Shown in pieces: positions 50,110 to 60,094 of a DNA stretch of 64,000 nucleotides (within the stretch, counting starts at the first letter, position 1; each line of letters begins with the position of its first letter). The notes below the pieces were generated by a model. That model worked only from the letters and a program-made list of their open reading frames with translations. It had not been told where the DNA came from and searched no databases. Source of the DNA: an uncultured Gemmataceae bacterium (GTDB taxonomy: Bacteria > Planctomycetota > Planctomycetia > Gemmatales > Gemmataceae); the NCBI GenBank assembly GCA_963750165.1, contig CAVVPN010000011.1:224001-288000 (forward strand). Reading direction: 5' to 3'. The position numbers were made by a program, and so were the translations under genes.

Positions 50110-50871
50110 GTGAGCGCCGAACACTCCGCCAAGCAAGGCCCCGCGACCGTCAGCCTGGCGGACGAGGAAGGCGTCAAGCAGGTCCTCATCCGCACGGTCC
50201 TCGGGCTCTGGGAGATCGTGAACGACCTGACCCGCCTGCGCCCGTCCAGGCGCGAGCGCTACCGGGTCACAATTTTCGGCTCGGCCCGGGCGCGGCCAGG
50301 GACGTTCGCTTATGACGAGGTCAAGCGCCTCGCGGCCGCCCTGACCGAACTGGGCTGCGACATCATCACCGGCGGCGGCCCGGGGTTGATGCAGGCCGCC
50401 AACGAGGGCGCGGCCGCGGCCGGAGCGCCGGAGCGCAACCAGTCCGTCGGCATCCGCGTGGATCTGCCGTTCGAGCAGGAAGTCAATCCCTTCGTCGAAC
50501 AGGCATTCGAGCACAAGACCTTTTTCACGCGCCTGCACCAGTTCGTGCTGATGTCCGACGCCTTCGTGGTCGCCCCCGGCGGGATCGGGACCGTCCTGGA
50601 AACCATGATGGTCTGGCAACTGCTGCAGGTCCGCCACGTCCGCGACACGCCGCTGATCCTGGTCGGCAAGATGTGGGCGGCCCTGGTGGACTGGGCCAGA
50701 GCGCACCTGCTGACGACCGATCCGCCGCTGGCGTCCGCGGAGGACATGGCCATCCCGGTCTGCTTCAACACCACCGACGAGGCAATCACGCTGCTGCGCG
50801 CGCAGCACGCCGCGTGGCTCCAGAAGCAGGCCAGCGTAACCCCCGGCGGCGCCGGGACGCAGTCCAGTTGA
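50110..50871 (+). CDS. LOG-family protein
   Basis: IFGSAR, TGGGPGLM, PGGIGTVLE. Confidence 0.92.
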   Translation: MSAEHSAKQGPATVSLADEEGVKQVLIRTVLGLWEIVNDLTRLRPSRRERYRVTIFGSARARPGTFAYDEVKRLAAALTELGCDIITGGGPGLMQAANEGAAAAGAPERNQSVGIRVDLPFEQEVNPFVEQAFEHKTFFTRLHQFVLMSDAFVVAPGGIGTVLETMMVWQLLQVRHVRDTPLILVGKMWAALVDWARAHLLTTDPPLASAEDMAIPVCFNTTDEAITLLRAQHAAWLQKQASVTPGGAGTQSS

Positions 50872-51033
50872 AACGGTCGTGCCCGTTTTGCGGTCGATCT
50901 ACCTCCCGGCAACGCGAATCTCCGCTTCGCCACCTCGAATCAATTCAGACATCCAGGTGCTTTTTCTTACAATATTCAGAAAGTCGCCTGAACTGGATCG
51001 CCCTGGTCCCGTGCGCTATGGAGGAGCAAGATC

Positions 51034-51240
51034 ATGCTCGTGGTAAGGAAGCAAGTGCTGACTCTTTACGTGGACCGGTCCTCGCAACAGTGGATCGTCC
51101 TGGACTCCGACGGCAACCTCTGGACGGTGCCGTCCGTGGACAATGCGTGGGAATTCCGGCAGCCCTTTCAACCGACGGATGAGACCGAACTGGAACCAGT
51201 CCCCGGACATTACAAGTACGGACTTGGTCTCCCGTCCTGA
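51034..51240 (+). CDS. Small hypothetical protein
   Basis: 68 aa, GGAGGAG SD, directly upstream of the glucosidase. Confidence 0.7.
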   Translation: MLVVRKQVLTLYVDRSSQQWIVLDSDGNLWTVPSVDNAWEFRQPFQPTDETELEPVPGHYKYGLGLPS

Positions 51241-51257
51241 CCCAAAGTAGGTGCCCC

Positions 51258-54014
51258 ATGAACGCCGAGCAGCTGCGACTCGAAGAGGCGCGGGAAAACA
51301 AGGCCCCCTGGAAGAAGTGGGGCCCGTACCTCAGCGAGCGTCAGTGGGGAACGGTGCGCGAGGACTACAGCGAGGGCGGCGACGCCTGGAACTACTTCAG
51401 CCACGACCAGGCCCGCTCGCGCGCCTACCGCTGGGGCGAGGACGGTTTGGCCGGTGTCTCCGACGACAAGCAAATGCTGTGCTTCGCGCTGGCCCTGTGG
51501 AACGGCAAGGACGCCATCCTCAAGGAGCGCCTGTTCGGCCTGACCAACAGCGAGAGCAACCATGGCGAGGACGTCAAGGAGTATTACTTCTATCTCGACA
51601 GCACGCCGACGCACTCGTACATGAAGTACCTCTACAAGTATCCGCAGACGGCCTTCCCCTACAGCCACCTTGTCGAAACCAGTCGCTGCCGCAGCCGCAC
51701 CGAGTTCGAGTACGAGTTGCTCGACACCGGCGTCTTCGACCAGGATCGTTACTTCGATGTGTTCGTCGAGTACGCCAAGGCGTCCCCCGAGGATTTGCTC
51801 ATCCAGATCAGCGTCCACAACCGCGGCCCGGAGGCGGCCGAGTTGCACGTGCTGCCGACGCTCTGGTTCCGCAATCAGTGGTCCTGGCAGGGCGTCACCG
51901 ATCGGCCGACGCTGCAACTGGTGGGCAACGCTGTCAAGGCGACCAACCACCACCTGGGCGATCGTTACCTGTATTGCGACGGCGACTTGCCACTGCTGTT
52001 CACGGAAAACGAAACCAACACGCAGCGCATCTTCGGCGTCCCGAACCGCACACCCTTCGTGAAGGACGGCATCAACAACTACGTGGTCAACGGCCAGCAC
52101 GGGGCGGTGAACCCCGAGAAAAAGGGGACGAAGGTGGCGGCGCATTGCCGGCTGACGGTGCCGCCCGGGGAGTGCCGGACGATCCGGTTGCGACTGACCG
52201 ACACCGCCCCCGCCGCCCAACCCCAAAGCAACGGCAAGCAGGGCGGCCCGTTCGGCAGTTCGTTCGAGGAGGCATTCCTGGCACGCCGGCGCGATGCCGA
52301 CCTGTTCTATGCGGAGCTAACCCCCGACGCGTTCGACGCCGACCAGGCCGATGTCTTCCGCCAGGCACTGGCCGGTATGCTCTGGAGCAAGCAGTTCTAT
52401 CTGTACGACGTGGACAAGTGGCTCGAAGAACGCGGCTCCGATCCGTTCAAGGAGAATCGCAAGCAGGCGCCGCGCAACGAGCACTGGCACCACATGTTCA
52501 ACGGCGACGTCATCTCGATGCCGGACAAGTGGGAGTACCCCTGGTACGCCGCCTGGGACCTGGCCTTCCACGTCACCGCCCTGACGCTGGTGGACGCGGA
52601 TTTCGGCAAGCAGCAACTGAAGCTGATGGTACGCGAGCGCTACATGCACCCCAACGGCCAGATTCCGGCCTACGAGTGGAATTTCGGCGATGTCAACCCG
52701 CCCGTGCATGCCTGGTCCACGATTTTCACCTACGCCATGGACGCTGCGCAGAAGGGCGCGGGTGACAGGGAATGGCTCAAGAACATCTTCCAGAAGTTGC
52801 TGCTCAACTTCACCTGGTGGGTCAACCGCAAGGACCGTGAGGGGCGGAACGTGTTTGAGGGGGGCTTCCTGGGCCTGGACAACATCGGTGTCTTCGACCG
52901 CAGCGCCCCGCTGCCAACGGGCGGCTTCCTCGAGCAGGCCGACGGCACCGCCTGGATGTGCCTGTTTTGTGAGAACATGCTGCAGATCGCCACCACCCTG
53001 GCCCGGACCGATCCGGACTACCTCGACATGGCGCTCAAGTTTACCCAGCATTTCCTGTGGATCGCGTCGTCAATGGCGAAGGTGGGCGGAGGCACCGGCA
53101 TGTGGGATGAAGAAGACGGCTTCTTCTACGACGTGCTGCGCCTGCCCAACGGCCAGGCCCAGCGGCTCAAGGTGCGGTCGATGGTGGGCCTCTTGCCGCT
53201 GTGCGCCGCCACGGTCTTCGACGGCGTGCTGCTGAAGCAAATGCCGGAAATGCAGGAACGCCTGGCGGCCTTCATCAGGGCGCGTCCGGAAATCGTGGCC
53301 TCGATCCATCCCCCGGACAAACTGGGCGTTGCCGGCCGCCACCTCGCCTCCATTCTCGACGAAACCAAGCTCCGCCGCGTCCTGGCCAAAATGCTCGACG
53401 AGAACGAATTCCTCAGCGCCTTTGGCATCCGCTCACTGTCGCGTTATCACGCGGACCATCCGTTCATCTTCCACGCGGGCGGTCAGGACTATCGGGTGGA
53501 CTACCTGCCGGCCGAATCCGACACCGGTATGTTCGGAGGCAACTCCAACTGGCGCGGCCCCATCTGGATGCCGGTCAACGCCCTGATCGTCCGCGCCCTG
53601 ATGAATTACTACACCTACTTCGGTGACGATTTCAAAGTGGAATGCCCGACCGGTTCCGGCCGCTTGATGACGCTGTATCAGGTGGCTGCGGAGATCACGC
53701 GCCGGCTGGCGAGCATCTTCCTCAAAGATAAGGACGGCCGGCGGCCGGTCTACGGCGGCACGCGGAAGTTCCAGGATGACCCGCACTGGCGCGACCTGAT
53801 CCTCTTCTACGAATACTTCCACGGCGACAACGGCGCCGGCCTCGGCGCCAGCCATCAAACCGGCTGGACCGGCGTCGTCGCCCGTCTCATGCATCTGTTC
53901 GCGACCTACACCCCCGAACAGCTGCTCTACGCCGGCTTAAAACCCGTGGCGACCGAGGAGCAAAATTCGCAGGCCGGCGAGCTGGCTGGCGTCGGGCCGA
54001 GCACTGCCAGATGA
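51258..54014 (+). CDS. MGH1/GH63-like glycoside hydrolase
   Basis: WGPYLSERQWGTVREDYS, MPDKWEYPWYAAWD, GGNSNWRGPIW, EYFHGDNGAGLGASHQTGWT. Confidence 0.93.
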   Translation: MNAEQLRLEEARENKAPWKKWGPYLSERQWGTVREDYSEGGDAWNYFSHDQARSRAYRWGEDGLAGVSDDKQMLCFALALWNGKDAILKERLFGLTNSESNHGEDVKEYYFYLDSTPTHSYMKYLYKYPQTAFPYSHLVETSRCRSRTEFEYELLDTGVFDQDRYFDVFVEYAKASPEDLLIQISVHNRGPEAAELHVLPTLWFRNQWSWQGVTDRPTLQLVGNAVKATNHHLGDRYLYCDGDLPLLFTENETNTQRIFGVPNRTPFVKDGINNYVVNGQHGAVNPEKKGTKVAAHCRLTVPPGECRTIRLRLTDTAPAAQPQSNGKQGGPFGSSFEEAFLARRRDADLFYAELTPDAFDADQADVFRQALAGMLWSKQFYLYDVDKWLEERGSDPFKENRKQAPRNEHWHHMFNGDVISMPDKWEYPWYAAWDLAFHVTALTLVDADFGKQQLKLMVRERYMHPNGQIPAYEWNFGDVNPPVHAWSTIFTYAMDAAQKGAGDREWLKNIFQKLLLNFTWWVNRKDREGRNVFEGGFLGLDNIGVFDRSAPLPTGGFLEQADGTAWMCLFCENMLQIATTLARTDPDYLDMALKFTQHFLWIASSMAKVGGGTGMWDEEDGFFYDVLRLPNGQAQRLKVRSMVGLLPLCAATVFDGVLLKQMPEMQERLAAFIRARPEIVASIHPPDKLGVAGRHLASILDETKLRRVLAKMLDENEFLSAFGIRSLSRYHADHPFIFHAGGQDYRVDYLPAESDTGMFGGNSNWRGPIWMPVNALIVRALMNYYTYFGDDFKVECPTGSGRLMTLYQVAAEITRRLASIFLKDKDGRRPVYGGTRKFQDDPHWRDLILFYEYFHGDNGAGLGASHQTGWTGVVARLMHLFATYTPEQLLYAGLKPVATEEQNSQAGELAGVGPSTAR

Positions 54015-54036
54015 CCGGCAGGACGGGAGGGCCATC

Positions 54037-54825
54037 GTGCATAGCGGACCAGTGGACTTCGTGCCGCTCTGGCTGCTCTTCCTGGTGGGCTGTGGTTTCG
54101 CCTGGCTCGCCGTGGAGGGTGGCTATCGGTTCGGCAAGTGGCGGCACGCGCGCTCCGCCGAGGAAAAGGAGACACCGGTTGGCGCCATGGTGGGGTCCGT
54201 GCTTGGCCTGCTGGCGTTCCTGCTCGCCTTCGTGTTCGGGCTGGCGGCCAACCGCTACGACGCGCACCGCCAAACCGTCCTTGAGGAGGCCAATGCCATC
54301 GGCACGACTTACCTGCGCGCACGCCTGCTGCCCGAACCGCAGCGGTCCGAGGTCTCCCGGTTGTTGCGGGAATACGTGGACGTGCGCGTGCGCGCCGCCC
54401 AGGATCTCAAGGTGGCGGAGGCCATCACGCGCTCGGAAGAACTACAGGAAAAGCTGTGGGTGGAAGCGACCCGGGCGGCGGAGAACAAGAACTCCAACGC
54501 CGTAATGACGAGTCTCTTCGTCCGATCGTTGAACGACACGATCGACCTGCACTCCAAGCGCATTTTTGTTGGGTTGCGTAGCCGTATCCCCATGGCCATC
54601 TGGGTGTGCCTGTTCGCCCTGGCCCTGCTCGGCATGGCCTCCGTGGGCTACCAGGCCGGATTGTCGGCGACCCGACGTTCCCCGGCCATGGTGGGCCTGG
54701 TGCTGGCCTTCGCGGGGGTGATTTACCTCATCGCGGACCTGGATCGCCCGGGCGAAGGGTTTCTGAGGACGAGTCAGGAAGCGATGCTGGATTTGCAGCG
54801 GAGCCTGAACGCGACCAAACCTTGA
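54037..54825 (+). CDS. DUF4239-like membrane protein
   Basis: Four TM helices, LAFLLAF, EANAIGTTYLR, DLDRP. Confidence 0.8.
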   Translation: MHSGPVDFVPLWLLFLVGCGFAWLAVEGGYRFGKWRHARSAEEKETPVGAMVGSVLGLLAFLLAFVFGLAANRYDAHRQTVLEEANAIGTTYLRARLLPEPQRSEVSRLLREYVDVRVRAAQDLKVAEAITRSEELQEKLWVEATRAAENKNSNAVMTSLFVRSLNDTIDLHSKRIFVGLRSRIPMAIWVCLFALALLGMASVGYQAGLSATRRSPAMVGLVLAFAGVIYLIADLDRPGEGFLRTSQEAMLDLQRSLNATKP

Positions 54826-54861
54826 CCCGGGCAAACGCTCGGGAAGGAGGGCGAACCCGCC

Positions 54862-55764
54862 GTGGATACCGCTGCTCTGGTCACCCTCCTGAACGTGACG
54901 GCACTTGTGACGATCATGTTGGCGATGGGCCTGCAGGTGAAGTTCGAGGCCGTGACGGCATCCGTTCGGCCAGTGCATCGGGTCGCGCTGGGCCTGGCCG
55001 CCAATTACGCGCTGGTGCCGGCGGTCACGGTCGGCCTGCTGCTCCTGTTCCAGACGGCGCCGCTGGTCTCCGCGGGCTTTCTCATCCTGGCGGTCTGCCC
55101 CGGCGCCCCGGTCGGCCCGCTGGCGACGACGCTCGCCCGGGGCAACGTGCCGTGGTCCATCGGTATGATGGTGATCCTGGCCAGCCTGTCCGCGGTCCTG
55201 TCGCCGGCCTTGCTCGGCGTCCTGCTCACCTGGCTCGCGCCGGAAAGCAAGACGCTGAACATCGATTACCTGGCGATCATGCGCACCTTGATGGTCGCGC
55301 AACTGCTGCCGCTGGCGGCCGGGTTGGCCATCCACCACTGGGCGCCGCGGCTCACGGAGAAGGTGGCCAGACCGATCAACCTGGTCGCCAACGTGATGTT
55401 GCTGGTGTTGATCGGCTTGATCCTGGCCACGCAATACCAGACCCTGGCCGCCATCCGGTTGCGGGGGTGGACGGGAATGAGTCTGCTCTTCCTCGCCAGT
55501 CTTGGCATCGGTTGGTTGTGCGGGGGGACCGAGGTCGCGATCCGCAAAGCCCTGGCCGTGACGACGGCCGGGCGCAACGCCGCCGTGGGACTGGTGATTG
55601 TCACCCGTAATTTCGCGGACACGGCGGCCGTCACCGCGGTGGTGGCCTACGCCCTCATGTCGATCGTCGGCACGTTTGTTGGCGCCGCGTTGCTGGGCAA
55701 ATACGTCGGCGCGGTCGCTCAGCGCGAGCAGCTGGAGAAGGATCCCGTCAGTTCGCCTGGATAG
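54862..55764 (+). CDS. Bile acid:sodium symporter family transporter
   Basis: MLAMGL, CPG, RN motifs and many TM helices. Confidence 0.88.
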   Translation: MDTAALVTLLNVTALVTIMLAMGLQVKFEAVTASVRPVHRVALGLAANYALVPAVTVGLLLLFQTAPLVSAGFLILAVCPGAPVGPLATTLARGNVPWSIGMMVILASLSAVLSPALLGVLLTWLAPESKTLNIDYLAIMRTLMVAQLLPLAAGLAIHHWAPRLTEKVARPINLVANVMLLVLIGLILATQYQTLAAIRLRGWTGMSLLFLASLGIGWLCGGTEVAIRKALAVTTAGRNAAVGLVIVTRNFADTAAVTAVVAYALMSIVGTFVGAALLGKYVGAVAQREQLEKDPVSSPG

Positions 55765-55879
55765 GGAGGATCGGCTGATTTTCCTTCGCCCCCGTATCGG
55801 AGAGCGCCAGCGCGCGACAGGGTGGTCTGATTCCACAGGTTTACCGGGGCACAGCCCTGGCCATGCGACGGTGACTACC

Positions 55880-58438
55880 ATGAAAACGATTGGCCTCGCC
55901 CTTTCCGGGGGCGGCTTCCGGGCCAGCCTGTATCACCTCGGCCTGGTCCGGTTTTTGCGCGACGCCGGTATCCTGTCCCGGGTGACCCACATCACCGCGG
56001 TGTCCGGCGGCAGCATCTTCGCCGCCCACCTGGCGCTCAACTGGGACCGCTACAACGGCTCGCCCAGCGAGTTCAACGCGGTGGCGGCCGAACTGCTGGC
56101 CTTCGTGCGCCTCGACATCCGCAACCGCATCGTCCGCCGCTTCCCCCTGCTGCTCCCCATGCGTTGGCCGCGCCGGTTGCTGGGGCTCTCCAACCGCAAG
56201 CTGACGCGCACCGGGCTGCTGGAATACCACTACGAACGCTACCTCTACGGCGACACCAGCCTGTTTGAACTGCCCGAGAGGCCGCAACTACACCTCCTCG
56301 CCACCAACCTGAGTGAGGGCTGCCTGTGCTCCTTCCACCGCGACGGCCTGCTCATGGTGCGCCGGCAGCTGGGGAACGGTTTTCGGGTTGACCACCTCCA
56401 CCTGGGACTGGCTACCGTGGCGATGGCGGTCGCCGCGTCCTCGGCCTTCCCTGGGTTTTTCCCGCCGCTCGAACTCACCGGCGCCGTGGTCGGCGACGGC
56501 ACCGGCGCGTTCGGCCGGCAGGCGTACACCGACGGCGGCGTGTTCGACAACCTCGGCGTCCGCATGTTCCGCTGCCTGGAACGGCCGCTGCTGGCGACCA
56601 CTTCCCTGTCCCAAGAGGACTTCGTCGATTACCCCGCGGTGGTCGAGGCGCTCCGGCAGGCCAGCAGGTCGTCCCAGGAAACACCGCTCCGCCGGCTGAC
56701 CCAGGTGCTGCTGGCGGGCAGTACCCTCCCAGATCGGTTGCTGCTGACCGACGGGGAAAACGGGCTCGGCCTGGTGGGGGATCTCCCTCCCCCGTCCGCG
56801 GCCGCCGCCGGCGATGACCCCCTGGTGTCCAGCCTGGATCGGGCCCTGCGCCGCCATCAGTTTTACCACGACCCCCTGTTTGCCCAGCTGAAGCCCCAGG
56901 ACTTCGAGGCGGAAGCGCTGCTGAAGGCCAGCCGGGTGGACGGCGGGGCCCTGAGCGCGGTGGATCGACTCTGGCTGAACAGGCACCTGCTCGAAACCGC
57001 CTTCCGCCAGGCCACGGGCCAGGCCTGTTTCCGCCGGCTCAACAGCGGACTGGACGGGGTTCTGGTGAGCGACGTGGGCAAGCGCATCGAGGTGCAGGGG
57101 AACCGCCGCGCCGGCGGCATGATCCGCACCGCCCTGCGGGCCACCGACATCCTCATGGATCGAGTCTGGCAGCTGGAGAGTGACATTTTCCGGGACACGC
57201 CCGGCTTCGTCTTCGCCCCGATCCTTGACGTGGTGGAACCGGAAGAGGACCCAACGGCGCTGGCCCCGGAAATCCAGCGTCAGGCCGCGCTGATCCGCAC
57301 GGACCTCGATCGGTTCTCCCTGCTGGAAATCAGCAGCCTGGTGCGACACGGTTACTGCGTCGGCCGCAAGGCCTGCCGGGCCCATCCCGACCTGTTCGGC
57401 ACCGAACTGCCGGGCCACGCCCCCTGGGATCCCGTCCCCGGCCCCCTGGGCGCGGAGGCCTCCACCGCGGTATCCGCCCGGCTCGACAAGGGACCGTCCG
57501 GGGTGCCGACGCCGATCACGGCCAACGCCCGCGCACTCCAGTCCTCGGCCGTCCGGCGCATCTGGAGCACGTTGCTGGACTACCGGGACTGGTCCTCCTA
57601 CGTCTACGTGCCCCTGCTGATCCCGATCCTCATCCTGGTGCCCTACTTCCTGGTCAAGTCCTACCAGCGCTCCCAACGGCTCAACCAGATCGTCGAATCG
57701 CTGGCCCAGGGCAGCCGGGACCTGGAACTGATGAGCCGCCTGCTCGAACGCGGCCCGGACGAGTTGTGGACCGGGGAGGCCGCCGAGGAAGTGAACAAAC
57801 TCGACGAGCCGGACCTCAAGGGGTTCGAGATCATCCAGGATTCGTGGATCACGGATTTGCGCAACTGGAAGTTCGGCGCCTCGGGGCAGCTCGATCCCGG
57901 CGGCCGCCTGCACCACTATCGGCGGCTGAAGGTCGCCAGAAAGCCCGACACCGCCGGCAACCAACGCTTCCGCTGGCGCCTGCTCGCGCCGACCCCCAGG
58001 CGGAATTCCGGTTCCCCCCGCAGCAATTGCAGTCGCGGTTGTATAAATGTTTTAACACCGAGAGCCAGGGATCCGGGGAGAAAGAGTGTCTCTGGGAGGT
58101 GAGCTTTGATTTTCAGAAGGTGCCGCCCGGCGAGTTCGTGGACCTCATCATCGATTACCACTCCTCCGGGAGGTTTCTGCGGTCGAGCGGGCACAGCATC
58201 TCCGTTCCGTTGAACGTCCGGGCGGACACCGCCGAGCTGACCACATGGATTCTGATGCCCCAGGGGAAAGAATACTCGCGCTATCGCATCATCCGGTATC
58301 CGGCGGCCAAGCGCGAACCGGTGGAGGACGTGCGGCGTGGTCACCGAATACCTGGCCAGCGACTCCACCGTCCTGGCCTTCAAATTACTGTCCCTTAAGG
58401 GCGGCTACATTTACGAATTGCACTGGAATTACAAGTAA
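55880..58438 (+). CDS. Patatin-like phospholipase with TM helix and C-terminal beta domain (frameshifts near 57990 and 58335)
   Basis: LSGGGFRA, AVSGGS, DGGVFDN; continues through ORF 57766..58398 and VVTEYLA...YELHWNYK*. Confidence 0.85.
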
Positions 58439-58474
58439 GAACTGACAGGTTCTGGCCCACCAGGTCCAATCACC

Positions 58475-59956
58475 ATGAGCACCCCCCGTTATCCCGCGCT
58501 ATACCAGATCAACACGCGCGTCTGGCTGACCGAGCTGTCCCGCAAGCTGGGCCGGCCGGCGACGCTGGACGACATTCCCGACCAGGAACTGGACCGCCTG
58601 GCCCAGCTGGGCTTCGACTGCATCTGGTTCCTGAGTGTCTGGCAGACCGGCCCGGAAGCGCAACGAGTCTCGCGCAGCAATCCGGACTGGCGGCGCGAAT
58701 TTCACGAAACCTTGCCGGACCTGCGCGACGAGGACATCCCGGGCTCCGGCTTCGCGATCACCGGCTACACCGTGCATACCAACCTGGGAGGCGACGCCGC
58801 CCTGGCCAGGTTACGCGCGCGGCTGCGCCAGCGCGGCTTGCGGCTGCTGCTGGATTTCGTCCCCAATCACATGGGGCTGGGTCACCCCTGGGTGGAGAGC
58901 CATCCCGAGTATTTCGTCGCGGGGACCGAACTGGACCTGGCCCGGGCGCCCCAGAACTACACCTGGGTCAAGCGCAAACAGGGCGATGTGCTGCTGGCTT
59001 ACGGCCGCGATCCGTATTTCCCGGGCTGGCCGGACACTTTGCAACTCAACTACGCCAACCCCGCCACGCAGGAAGCGATGATCGCGGAACTCACGAAGAT
59101 CGCTGGGCAATGCGATGGTGTGCGCTGCGACATGGCCATGCTGGTGCTGCCGGACGTGTTTGAACGGACCTGGGGCAAGCGTGCCCCGCTGTTCTGGCCG
59201 CGGGCGACCCAGCGCGTGCGGCAGCAGGTCCCCCACTTCCTCTTCATGGCCGAGGTCTACTGGGACCTGGAATGGACGCTGCAGCAACAGGGGTTCGACT
59301 ACACCTACGACAAGCGGCTGTACGACCGCCTCCGTGACGGCCACGCCCGCCCGGTGCGGGAGCACTTCCGGGCGGGGCTGGACTACCAGGACAAAATGGC
59401 CCGGTTCCTGGAGAACCACGACGAACCGCGAGCCGCCGCCACCTTCGCCCCGGGAGTGCATCAGGCCGCAGCGGTCATCACGTTTCTGTCTCCCGGACTG
59501 CGGTTCTTCCACCAGGGGCAGTTTGAAGGGCGCAAGAAACGCATCTCGCCGCACCTTGGTCGTGGGCCGGACGAGCCCATCGATCAGGAACTGGGCAAGT
59601 TCTACCAGAAATTGCTGGGGGTGTTAAAGAACCCGACTGTTCGGGACGGCCGCTGGCAACTGCTCGACTGCGCGGCGGCGTGGGACGGCAACTGGACGGC
59701 CGACTGCTTCCTGGCGTTCGCCTGGCAGGGTTCGGACTCGGAGCGGCTGCTGGTGGCGGTGAATTACGCCCCGAACCAGAGCCAGTGCTATGTGCGGTTG
59801 CCGTTCGCGGACCTGGGCGGTGGTCAGTGGCGGTTGCGGGATCCGCTGCGCGAGACCACTTACGACCGGGACGGTAACGCTTTGCAAGCGCGCGGCCTGT
59901 ACCTGGACGTGCCGCCGTGGCAGGCCTCCGTTTTTGCACTGACCCGCATTCCCTAA
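58475..59956 (+). CDS. GH13 alpha-amylase-family protein
   Basis: DFVPNH, DGVRCDMAM, AEVYW, FLENHDE. Confidence 0.93.
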   Translation: MSTPRYPALYQINTRVWLTELSRKLGRPATLDDIPDQELDRLAQLGFDCIWFLSVWQTGPEAQRVSRSNPDWRREFHETLPDLRDEDIPGSGFAITGYTVHTNLGGDAALARLRARLRQRGLRLLLDFVPNHMGLGHPWVESHPEYFVAGTELDLARAPQNYTWVKRKQGDVLLAYGRDPYFPGWPDTLQLNYANPATQEAMIAELTKIAGQCDGVRCDMAMLVLPDVFERTWGKRAPLFWPRATQRVRQQVPHFLFMAEVYWDLEWTLQQQGFDYTYDKRLYDRLRDGHARPVREHFRAGLDYQDKMARFLENHDEPRAAATFAPGVHQAAAVITFLSPGLRFFHQGQFEGRKKRISPHLGRGPDEPIDQELGKFYQKLLGVLKNPTVRDGRWQLLDCAAAWDGNWTADCFLAFAWQGSDSERLLVAVNYAPNQSQCYVRLPFADLGGGQWRLRDPLRETTYDRDGNALQARGLYLDVPPWQASVFALTRIP

Positions 59957-60057
59957 GGAGGCGCCGACCAACAACTTCGTAGGACGGCTCTCCAGAGCCG
60001 TCCCGACGGCTCTGGAGAGCCGTCCTACTCTTGGAAGTTGTTGTTCGGCGCCTCCTA
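59955..60057. repeat. REP doublet inside a longer hairpin
   Basis: GTAGGACGGCTCTCCAGAGCCGTC (59979-60002) plus its inverse (60005-60028); same family as 45229-45289; flanks also pair. Confidence 0.9.
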
Positions 60058-60094
60058 AACTAAAGTGATCCGTCGCCGAGGAAGGGACCCGTGC

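Noticed and set aside
55880..58438. CBASS CapV-type defence system
   Set aside because: No CD-NTase or cap genes nearby; context is metabolic.
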